The translations under genes were made by a program, and so were the position numbers. Under the pieces are notes generated by a model. That model made no database searches, was not told the DNA's origin, and saw only the letters and a program-made list of their open reading frames with translations. From Octopus sinensis (Eukaryota), in assembly GCF_006345805.1 (NCBI RefSeq), contig NC_043012.1, forward strand, positions 21,700,001-21,764,000: a stretch of 64,000 nt of DNA, written 5' to 3'. Below, one piece after another: positions 35,496 through 46,392 of the stretch (position 1 is its first letter; each line of letters starts with the position of its first letter).

Positions 35496-35932
35496 ACATT
35501 ATCATCGTTTAATGTCCGCTTTCCATGTTAGCATGGGTTGGACGATTTGACTGATGTCTGGCAAACCAGATGGCTGCACCAGACTCCAGTTTGATCTGGC
35601 AGAGTTTCTATAGCTGGATGCCCTTCCTAATGCTAACCACTCCGAGAGTGTAGTGCATGCTTTTACGTGCCAGTCAGGTGGTACTGGCAACAGCCACGCT
35701 CAAATAGTGCTTTTTATGTGCCACCTGCACAAGAGCCAGTCCAGCGGCACTGGCAACGACCTCGCTCAAATTTTTTTTCATGTGCCACCAGCACAAGCGC
35801 TAGTAAGCATTGCAGGTAACGCTCACACTTGAATGGTGTTTTTAACGTGCCATCGGCACGGAGGCCAGATTGTTGCTCTGGCAATGATCTCGCTTGTATG
35901 GTTAGCACAGATGCCAGTCATCGAATTTGATT
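35496..35932 (-). mobile_element. RTE 3' UTR fragment
   Basis: catcgtttaatgtccgctttccatg terminus plus tgtgccac repeat modules. Confidence 0.8.
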
Positions 35933-37308
35933 TTGATGATGACCGAATCAAAGCCATAATTGAATTTGATTGTCATATAACTGTGTGAGAGATTGCAAAG
36001 AGGTTAAATGTATCACACCCAACAGTTGAAAATCACTTAAAATGTCTTGGGTTCCACATAAATTGGAAGACATACACTTAACACAATGAAACAATATTTG
36101 AATGAAATCGACCTTTTCTTGAAACGAATCATCACTGGTGATGAAACATGACCCATATTGGAGTATGGGATTCAAGCCTCTTCTCCTTATCTCCTCAAAG
36201 ACATACAGCATCTCGAAAGAGTCCAGAAGCTGGCTACCCGCATGGTTCATGGCCTCAAAAATTTGTCCTACGAAGAAAGGCTGAGGACGCTCGACCTTTA
36301 TTCTCTTGAAAAACGCCGCCGCCGTGGTGATCTCATTCTCGCCCACAACATCATAAGCGGAAAGTGTAACCTCTCGAAAGAGCTGTTCTTCACTCCTGCT
36401 CCAGAGCGTCGGCTGCGGGGTCATTCCGAAAAGCTCTACCTGCGACGATTTCATCTCAATCGAAGGAGAGGAGCTTTCTCCGTCTGGGTTGCGGATCCGT
36501 GGAACAAGCTGCCAGACGAGATGGTGAAGATGCCGACGACCGCTTTGTTCAAAGCCTCCCTGGACCTCAAGTGGCCTGAACTCTTTACATGAACACCACC
36601 CTGTACTTAACTCCATGTCCCCCTACATGGCTTTGCTATTTGCATTTGAGCCAAATTAACTAACTAACTAACTAACTAACATTGACATCAATTGAAAACG
36701 ATCGTGGTCCAAGCATAATGAACCAGCATAAACCACATCAAAAGCTGAATTGCATAAAAAAAGGTCAAGTTGTCAATTTGATGGGATTACAAAGTTGTTG
36801 TTTATTTTGATCTGCTTCTTAAAGAACCAAACGATCAATTCAGATGTTTACTGTCAACACCTAATGAAACTGGATGAAGCAATCAAAGAAAAACATCCAG
36901 AATTGGCAAATCGTAAAGGAATCGTGTTCATCCATGACACTGCTAGACCACACCTGTCTTTGCTAAATTGTGAAAAATTATTCTAGCTTTTTGGGGAATT
37001 TATGTCATATCCACCATATAGCATTGACCTTGCACCCTCAGGTTACAATTTATGTCTAAGTTTGCAAAATTGTTTGACTGGTAAAACTTTCAGTAATGAT
37101 GATGACCTGAAATCACACTTGCTTCAGCTTTTGGCTGCTAAGGACCAGAAGGTCTATGAGTGCAGAATCATGAAGTTGCCAGAACAATGGCAAAAGGTTA
37201 TTGAACAAAGTGGAAAATATATAATTGATTAAAGTTCATCCTTTGTATCAAAATAAATTACTTATATTTCACACTAAAAAAACTGGAATAACTTTCTTGC
37301 TAACCCAA
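35933..37308 (+). mobile_element. Mariner (same family as 2076-3316), 5'-truncated and split by a CR1 insertion
   Basis: 35933-36150 (DDDRIKAII...RIITGDE) and 36681-37308 (NQTINSDVYCQHL...IVFIHDTARPH...PPYSIDLAPS.Y) with the right TIR. Confidence 0.88.
36151..36680 (+). mobile_element. CR1-clade LINE 3' fragment, uninterrupted frame, (TAAC)n tail
   Basis: LEYGIQASSPYLLKDIQHLERVQKLATRMV.GLKNLSYEERLRTLDLYSLEKRRRRGDLI...LRGH..KL...WNKLP; 144 aa with no stop. Confidence 0.92.
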
Positions 37309-37488
37309 TATATATATAGTTAATCCAAACATGAGCAAAGAGAAACAACAATATAGACACACACACATATATATATTTATATATATATATATATAATTAA
37401 AATTTAAATGAGGGTGAAAAATTGGATATTAATTTGATAACATCCATTTTAACACCAGTGGTCTAGCATATACATATACATGTATATA

Positions 37489-37524
<36 letters not shown>

Positions 37525-37542
37525 TGTATGTATGTATGTATG

Positions 37543-37589
<47 letters not shown>

Positions 37590-37999
37590 TATATATAAAG
37601 CTGAAGTTGTCAGTGTGTGAGGTTTGGTAGCCTTCAACTAACACTATCTCCTCCAAGACCCTGCAGTGCAAGTTGACCAAAATTGAGAGTATGATGGAAG
37701 AAAGCTTGCTCTTCATTTCGTAGAAGAAAAAATTCAAATCAGACCATGTTAAGACTAAAAAATATTTACATCAAAAAGGTGCTTCTTTTCTATGAAAAGA
37801 CCTATTTTTTACGATTTTCTGACTGCTGTGTCGCCATTTTTCGGTGTATTTCAACCAGAAAAATGTTCACTTAAACAGAATAACAAGTTACATAATATAA
37901 AATTTTTACTTTTCAAAAATTCCAATTCTAAAGGGTCAAAAAGAAAACAAACCAGAGCAACGCTGGGCTATACTGCTAGTATATATATATATATATATA

Positions 38000-38292
38000 T
38001 CACTGTGATCACCGTGACCGACCAGGCTATCAGATGTTGATACACATTGCTGGTCACAATGCTTTGCATTGTTTTAGCCTTCAAATAACGCCACCCCGCT
38101 GGCTAAGTGAGCAGGCCAACAGAAGAAAGAATGAGAGAAATTTGTGGTGAAAGAGTACAGCAGGGATCGCCACCACCCCCTGCTGGAGCTTCGTGGAGCT
38201 TTTGGTGTTTTCGCTCAATAAACACTCACAATGCCCAGTCTGGGAATGAAAACCGCCATCCTACGACTGTGAGTCCGCTGCCCTAACCACTG

Positions 38293-38296
<4 letters not shown>
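38000..38296 (-). mobile_element. SINE family C, full length
   Basis: Reverse complement of 5868-6124, including the tRNA-like head. Confidence 0.88.
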
Positions 38297-38341
<45 letters not shown>

Positions 38342-38342
38342 T

Positions 38343-40415
38343 CTCTCTCTCTAGTTTCAACTTAGTGCTGCAGCCATGCTGATGCACTGCCGTTTTGCTA
38401 CACTGTTATTACTAAGAGCTTCCTCTAATATGTGGCATTTTGTGAAGAATGGAGTTTGATATAGCTACCCTCATTTGTACCTCTTGACGTGAGGTAGGTT
38501 CATCTGGGACTCTCGACAGGAAGAGGTCCAGCGTTGATTTAAAAACCCCTACATCTACTTTGTGCAAGTTCCTCAGACTCTTTAGGAGAATGTTAAAAAG
38601 ATGTGGGCCCTTGAAACCCAGGCTGTTGCAGTAACTGGTCCTGAAGCATGATGGCATTGCTGGGATCTTTGGCACTATATAGTGTTGTCCCGTTCTGGCA
38701 TTGGTATAGCTTTCAATGCCAAAATTTGGCACAATTCCTTCCAGGATCTTCCAGATATATAATTCTGCATACCTCTCCCGTCTCCTCTCCAGGGAGTAGA
38801 GTCTTAACTGTTTCAACCTTTCCCAGTAGCTGAGCTGTTGCAAAGAGACGATCTTCTTTGTGAATCTTCTCTGGATTGCTTCAAGGTCCGCTGTTAATTT
38901 CACACTGGTGAGTGACCATAGCTGTGGGCAGTAATTCAGGTGGACGAATGTCCGCCAGAGCACCATCATGGTTTTCTTATCTCTGGTTCTGAATGTTCTT
39001 AGGATCCATTCAGCCATTCGTCTGCACTTTGTCGCCATCCTGGTAATGTGCACTTGGAAAGAGGTATCATCACTCATGTCGATACCCAGTTCCCTCACTG
39101 AATTAGGCTCTGGGATTGAAATTCCTTGTGGACCAGTGTACCCTGTAAGTTTCATATTCAGTTTTGGATGCTGGTAGTGCAGGGCTTGGAATTTTTCAGC
39201 ATTAAACTGCATATTATTGTCCTCAGCTCATCTGTAAATTGAGTCCAACTCCAGCTGCAGGTGTGCAACATCGCTGGGGTTCTGTATTTTCTGCGAGACT
39301 TTCCTATCATCTGCATAGCTTGCCAGAATGGCTATCCGGTCATTTGAGGGCATATCTGAGAGGGCCACTATAAAAAGCACTGGTCCCAAGACAGTGCCAT
39401 GTGGAACACCACTCACTATTTGTGTGTTCATAGAGGTGGCTCCATTAGCCACTACTGTCTGACGCCTATCTTTCAGGAAGTCATGTAACCACTCTCCAAG
39501 TTTTCCAGCTATGTCAAGGTCACACAGTTTGTGGCATATCATACCATGATCCACCTTGTTAAAAGCTTTTGCAAAATCAAGGTATATTACGTCCACATTT
39601 GATTTGTTGAGTAACTGCATCAACACCCAGTCTTAATGTTGTAAGAGCTGGGTCAGGCAGCTCCTACCTGGTCGAAAACCATGCTGGGTATCTCTCAGTA
39701 AGTTATTTTCTTCAAGGAATGCGATTAGTTTCCCTCTGACTATCTGTTTCATGACTTTGCTGATGTGTGAAGTCAGAGAGATAGGCCTATAGTTTTTGGC
39801 ATCTGCTCTACTTCCCCCTTTATGTATTGGGCATATTATTCCCTCCTTCAGCTTGCTTGGCAGCTCTGCCAGGGCATGCTTACATGATTTGAAGAGGATT
39901 GCTGGGAAACCATCAGGACCAGCAGTTGAGTTTGTGTCCACTTCATCTATGGCTAGTAGTATATTTTCTTCGCTAATGTCAATGTATTCCATTGTAACTG
40001 CCTCGCTGGTTATAGGTGAGGCGGCAAAGAAGTCCACTGGTTCGTTCACTTGTCTGTGTTCCAACGGGGTGGTAAAGACACTTTTGAACTGGTCATTCAG
40101 TATCTCACTGATCTTAGTTGGACTGTCCGTGAGGGACCCATCCTTTTGGAGGAGGGGTCCTATCATGTACTGAGACTGTTTCTTTCACATAATTAAAGAA
40201 GGCCTTTGGGTTTGACTTAATGTTTTTTATAACCCAGGCTTCTTTGTCTGCTTTCTCCCTCACATAGGATTGTTGCAGCCTTTTTTCGATCTCCATCAGT
40301 GTTGTTTTTAGGCAGGATGTTTCACTACTTTTGGGATGTTGGTTGAGTTGATTTGCAACTTTCGTCCGTCATCTCATGAGGATCTTCCTCTCCCTTGGAA
40401 TCTTGCTCCTATTTG
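38343..40415 (-). mobile_element. CR1/L2-group LINE, 5'-truncated ORF2 (RT and C-terminus) with few disablements
   Basis: NYRPISLTSHISKVM, QHGFRPGRSCLTQLL, DVIYLDFAKAFNKVDH, SGVPHGTVLGPVLF, SYADD, MQFNAEKFQ, SYWERLKQLRLYSLERRRERY. Confidence 0.93.
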
Positions 40416-40445
40416 TATAGATACACACATATATATATAAATATA

Positions 40446-42977
40446 TGTCCATTTTCCGTGCTAGCATGGGTTGGACGGTTCGACTGGGGTCTGGGAAGCC
40501 AGGAGGCTGCACCAGGCTCCAGTCTGATCTGGCAGTGTTTCTACAGCTGGATGCCCTTCCTAACGCCAACCACTCCGTGAGTGTAGTGGGTGCTTTTGAC
40601 GTGCCAGGGGAGGCTGGCAGTGGCCACGATCAGTTGGTGCTTTTTACGTGCCACCGGCACAGAAGCCACATTTGAATGGTGCTTTTTATGTGCCACCGGC
40701 ACAGGTATCACAACTACAATTTCCATTTGGTATTTATTTTGATGTTGATGTACTTGACTCAAAAGGTCTCCTCAAGTACAGCAAGTCATGTGCACCGGCA
40801 CAGAAGCCAGTCAAGGCAACGCTGGCATCGGCCACGTTCAGAAGGTGCTTTTTACGTGAAGCCGGCACAGGTATCACGTAACTACAATTTCCATTTGATA
40901 TTTGTTTTGATACTGATATTGATGTACTTGACTCAATAGGTCTCCTCATGCACAGCAGGTCACCTTACAATCCAAGGTAAGCACAGCAGGTCACCTTACG
41001 ATCCAGGGTAAGCACAGCAGGTCGTTCGGCAATCCAGGTACTTTGGATGGGCTGGAGCCATGTGAAACTGCTGGAAGAAGCAGACCGGGTCTTTGCAGTC
41101 ACAGCATATCTCCAGAGATCTCGGTCTTTCGTCATTGCCTCTGTGAAGCCCAACGTTCGAAGGTCATGCTTGACTACCTCATCCCATGTCTTCCTGGGTC
41201 TACCTCTCCCCCGATACCTTTAACTGTTTGGGAGTGGCATTTCTTCTCACATCTCTCCTCATCCATCCGCAGTACATGACCATACCAGCGCAAACATCTC
41301 TCTTGCACATCACATCTGATGCTTCTTATGTCCAGCATTTCACTCAGGGCGCTTACACTCTGTCGTGTGTGCACACTGACATTACACATCCAGCGGATCA
41401 TGCTAGCTTCATTTCTTTCAAGTCTACGCATGTCCTCTGCAATCACAGCCCATGTTTCACTGCTGTTAGTTTACGACCGTACGTGGAGTTTGGTGACATA
41501 TTTCTCCTCTTGTTCAGCGCACGGCCGCATCCCAACATAACATATTTTATGCCATACTACATGTTTATATACAGTGCCAAAGTACATGAATAAAGGACGG
41601 CAAAAACTGTTCTACTTTTATAAAGAGAAGATAGATTTTATTCACAGTGTACAAAGTGATTTGTGATTATTAGCATAGTGTTGTGTCATGAATGCATGCT
41701 TATAATATTTGTGTCTGTGTGTTCAGAATAAGGTGCATGCGAATACAACAGAGCATAAGAGAAGTCCCAACAATTTGAGTTAAAATGGAGTTATTTTACC
41801 AGTTCATGTAGTACATGATAATGAGTTCTATAACAAGATTTGAATCTCGGAGCGGAGATTAGTTGACTCACTTGTTGTGCATATTTTTCTCTTGATATAG
41901 ATATTCTTTTAGATATATATACTGCAACTGTTTTTCCGTGGTGAGATTTTCACACTAACAGCATGAGTTGAATCTGTATTTATCTTGTTGTGTACAAATT
42001 GAAATCTTCGTAGATGGAGACGATGCTGGTGATGATGTTCTGTCTGCTGCTGGTTTACAATAGCATCTTCATAGTATGGTTGGCTTGGCTGTCGTCTGCC
42101 TTTCGAACTGGAACATGGTTGAGTAAGCTCTTAAAAGGTCTTAAGCCGAAAGATGGTGAATCATCAAATAATCAGCCTATTTAGGGAGTTAAGATGGCTC
42201 AAATGAAAGGTCCTATCCAAAAGCCATGATTGGTCAGTTTACACACTGGCGCGAAATAAGTAGAGAGACAGACTGCGCTTTGATGATAACCAATCAGATC
42301 AGTGGACACAACAAGGTTAAACTAGCCAAAGATGTTTGTAATCTCAAATGTGATCATTCCTAATGTTTTTCTCAAACAGTGAAGATAGCAATATTGCTAC
42401 ACTACCGTGAAGCATAGCGGTTCGCACACATGCATCATACAATCTACCTTTCACTCTGAGCGAGAAACCCTTTGTCACCAGTAGGGGTAGGAGCTTTCGA
42501 AACTTTGCCCAGGCTATTTGTATTCTAGTGATGACACTCTCTGAGCATCCACCTCCACTACTAACTTGGTCACCTAAGTAGCAGAAACTATCAACTACTT
42601 CTAGTTTCTTCCCCTGAAGTGTGATGGAATCTGTTTTCTGAGTATCTGTGGTGCCTATTGCCCCTGTGCATCTGCCGCACATGAAAGCTATCTTATCAGT
42701 TAATTTTCCTTTGATGTTGCTGCACCTCTTATGCATCCATAGCTTACACTGGGTACATCTTATGGAGTTTCTACCTACACCTTTCCAACAGATCAAGCAG
42801 GGTCACCTGCCTGGGGGTGTGTGATGAGTTCGCCTTTCTGCTTACTATAACTTTGGTCTTTGCTAAATTTACTCTAAGGCCTTTTGATTCTAAACCTTGC
42901 TTCCACACCCGAAATTTCTTTTCTAGTTCCGGTAGTGATTTTGCTATGAAGGCCAGGTCATCAGCATAGAGGAGCTT
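40446..42977 (-). mobile_element. RTE-clade LINE (subfamily 1), 5'-truncated, split by the insertion at 41464-42401
   Basis: 42977-42402 reads ELLYADD...TKV...PHD-like C4HC3...EVVDSFCYLG...AMLHG; 41463-40446 continues SETWAV.AEDMRRLERNE...WYGHV and the 3' UTR. The two parts are contiguous in the protein. Confidence 0.85.
41464..42401 (-). mobile_element. Candidate solo LTR (938 bp)
   Basis: TG...CA ends (TGTTAG / GCTACA), 4-bp flanks ctgc/ctac, interrupts an RTE ORF precisely. CCAAT boxes near the right end and a minus-strand AATAAA near 41640. Confidence 0.65.
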
Positions 42978-43586
42978 CGAATTTTAGGCCTCACCAAGGA
43001 AATGACTTGTGACCGAGACCTTTAGAAATATGCTGTGCTTAAGAAGATCCGGCAAGCCAAATGAGACCATAACCTCATGGCCTATGCTAGGGGCATAACC
43101 AGCCCACTTATGCGTACCTTTTCCTTCTTTGGACACTAAACTCTGCTTGCAAAGACCTGTCGAGGTAAATGAAATCAAAATCAAATTCGATGACTGGCAT
43201 CCGTGCTTGTGGGGTGCAAAGAGTACCAAACGTGTGTGATCGTTGCTAGAGTGGCTAACTGGCTTCCATGCTGGTGGCACGTAAAAGGCACCATTCGAGT
43301 GTTATTGTTACCAGCATCGCCTTACTGGCACCTGTGCTAGTGGCATGTGTAAAAAGATTTGAGCGTGGTTGTTGCCAGTACCGCCTGACCTGCCCCTGTG
43401 TCAGTGACACGTAAAAGCACCCACTACACTCTCAGAGTGGTTGGCGTTAGGAAGGGCATCCAGCTGTAGAAACTCTGCCAGATCAAGATTGAAGCCTGGT
43501 GCAGCCATCTGGTTCGCCAGCCCTCAGTCAAATTGTCCAACCCATGCTAGCATGGAAAGCGGACGTTAAACAATGATGATGATGAT
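42975..43586 (+). mobile_element. RTE-clade LINE (subfamily 2) 3' end
   Basis: LRILGLTKEMTCDRDL*KYAVLKK plus 3' UTR and (GAT)n tail; closely similar to the 46391 copy. Confidence 0.88.
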
Positions 43587-43719
43587 ATAAGTAAAAAGTA
43601 TAAAGAGATAAAAAGCTTGTACGTGGATCAATATAGAAAGCAAATTCTATCTGTAATCTTGGGTGGGGGGACCAAAAACGTAACAAATATTTTGCTACGT
43701 AGGGCATGATCCGAAAAGT

Positions 43720-44750
43720 TCAGTTCTTGAATTCAGACATGTAGCAGGGTCTAAGCTGCTTTTCCAGATGAGCCATCTTTCCATATCACATAGACTGCAC
43801 CACTGCCGTTGGTGTAGGGCTTACACTTGGCTAAGATCTTTCAATGGATGTTGTAACTGATACCTTTATCTTTTAATGACCATATAACTGGATAATTTGG
43901 TCGTTTTCCTTTTATCCCAGTGCCTGAAGCTCAAGGTGCGATTAGTGAATCTGGCCTTGAAATTACCCTCTGTAAGGCCCACGTATTTCTTCGTCGAAAC
44001 CGTATCCTTAGTGGATATAGAGTCCACAGTGGCTTCGTAAATGATGGTCTTGGACATGCAAGCTCCATTTAGTGGGCACAAACTTTTATCCCTGCATGAA
44101 CAGCTGGTTTCGTATTGTGGTTTTTGTGTGTTGTGTGCGATTATATTTTTAAAATTGGTAGTTGAGCTGAAACTGATTTTTAAGTTATGTCTATTGAAGA
44201 GCTTTCTGTAGGTAATGTTGACTGGAAAATGTCTATCTATCAGTGCTTAGAAATACTTGCCTATATTGAAGGTCACCTCAGGTGAGTAGGGGTGTGTGAA
44301 CCAGATAGTTTTCCTATTCCTATGTTTCCCATTCTTTATTGTTGGACTTGTGGCAGGAGTATAGGTTATTTCCTCGCTAAAACCACTTTCTTGTAGAGCC
44401 TTATTATATACTGGGGCAATGCTATTAAAAATGTCCCTATCGGAGGAGAGGCTAGAAATTCTCTTGCTAATGTTTTTAACTAAATTCTTAAACACTATGG
44501 GGGGATGATAGGAACCCACATTAATATGACTAGGTCTATCATTGGGCTTTCTATAAGGCTTATGAATGTTCTTATTTAGATCTAAGGATATATCTAGGAA
44601 ATTGACAACTGTCAGGTTGGTGTCTGTAGTTATACTAAGTCCGAAGATTTTCATCAAATGAATAATGTCCTTCCTAAACCGATCCTATGCTGGTCCATTG
44701 GTATTTGCGGTTCAGGCGAGGGCATCATCTTTGTAGATGACGAAAAGCGC
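43720..44750 (-). mobile_element. Penelope-like element (RT C-terminus and GIY-YIG endonuclease), decayed
   Basis: VVNFLDISLDL...YRKPND...HPP..FKNLVKNISKRISSLSS...YNKALQESGF; RKTIWF..PYS; CPLNG.C....IIYEATV...YVGLTEGNFKARF. Confidence 0.9.
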
Positions 44751-45090
44751 ATGAGAGGGAAAGCAAAGGATATATATAAGCATGTATATATGTAAGTCTT
44801 TGTGTGTGTCTTTGTCTCTGTGTTTCTCCCTCATCACTGCTTCACAACTGCTGTTCGTTTATTTACATCCTAATAACTTACTGGTTTCACAAGAAGAAAC
44901 TAGTAGAATAAGTACCAGGCTTATCAAAATAAAAAAAAAGCACTAGGCAGTGTCTCATATTTTTGTTTGCCCACTCAGTTGTATCTATCAATTTATCTTT
45001 GTGTGTGTGTGTATATATATAAATGTATATATATAAAACACACACACACACACACATATATATACAGGTATGTATATGTGCATCTTCATA

Positions 45091-45720
45091 TCTATTATAT
45101 CAAAGTTAGTGTCTTTATGTGTGTTTGTGTGTTACTTATACATTCAAAAACTGCTGCAATGATCCTAATGAAATTTGGAACACAAAATCCAAGCCTAGGG
45201 AGAAGGGTAATGCTGTGTGTTTCATACAATTTCATGGACCAAAATTACTGAATGGATCCTTATGATATTTGGAACTTAGATTCAATGCATAAGGGCGGGT
45301 ATAGCGCAATATGTTTGGTTTGAATTTCAGTTAGCTTAAAGGGGGCAGAACCCCCATGAAAATTCATAAATTTTCGATGTTGATGAAATTTCAACCATGG
45401 ATAATTGACACACATCAAGAAGTATTCTCAAAGTTTCCACTTCTCGTGAGGATTCTAAGACACCCTAATGGGAGCCTTAACTCCTAAATTTTAGTAATTT
45501 CTTTTATGATCCAAAAGTACTGAATGAATCTTTACAAAATTTGGAAATTATATTCTATGCATAAGGGCCATAACCCCCATGACAATTCATATATTTTTGC
45601 TGTTGATGAAATTTTAACCATAGATATTAGACACAAATGAAGTAATATTTATAAAATTTCATCTTCTTACAAGTTAGAAAGACCCCTTCATGGGGACTTA
45701 ACACCCACAATTTGGTCATT
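45091..45720 (+). mobile_element. Helitron-like non-autonomous fragment with an internal tandem duplication
   Basis: A|TCTATTATATCAAAG start, tgtgtgtttgtgtg tract and atgaaatttgg modules; a ~220-260-bp unit occurs twice. No CTAG 3' end seen. Confidence 0.4.
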
Positions 45721-46343
45721 TTATCTATGCAAAGACGAATACACTTGTACTCTTGGAAGCTGTAGGGTCACCTGAGCATAAAAGATGAACATTATTTGTA
45801 ATTCAGTGGTACAACAGTGTAAGAGTTTGCTTTGAGATATACTTACATTGTGATTTCTGCAATGTGGTGCATGAATTGTCAAGTAAATGAGAGGCATCTT
45901 TGACTCCACTGATTCAGTTGCAAAGTGTTGAGGAAAGTTATTTGGTTGCAGACCTCCTTTCAGTATTTTCATTATCACTGGGTCACACGTAGTCCCCAGA
46001 TAGCAACATTGATTTCAAAGCCTTCCCAGATGAGTGACTGGTTATTCAAAGACCTTTATAGATTGTAAATTTATTCTGTCCACTTATGTATCAGTGGTCA
46101 TTTGTAAACTCCAGAGGTGACACTTTCATTTCTCCTTAGCCCTCATGTCACACAGTTGTTAATGTCACGGCCTTCCAATTGCTATAGATCCGTAATGCAT
46201 CTTTCAGCTGTGCCTGTCACCTGTATGGTGAAGAATCCTACACATACATGCATGCATACATACATACATACATACAATGTAAATGTGTGTGTATATATAT
46301 GTGTATATATATATATATATTATATATATATATATATATGTAA

Positions 46344-46390
<47 letters not shown>

Positions 46391-46392
<2 letters not shown>

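Noticed and set aside
35948-36616. 222-aa minus-strand ORF
   Set aside because: It is the antisense shadow of the CR1 fragment running into the mariner remnant.
42402-43586. Twin-primed (5'-inverted) RTE insertion
   Set aside because: The geometry and microhomology fit, but the inverted part is contiguous with the 40446-41463 copy across the LTR-like insert and differs from the subfamily of the sense part at many synonymous sites. No TSD was found.
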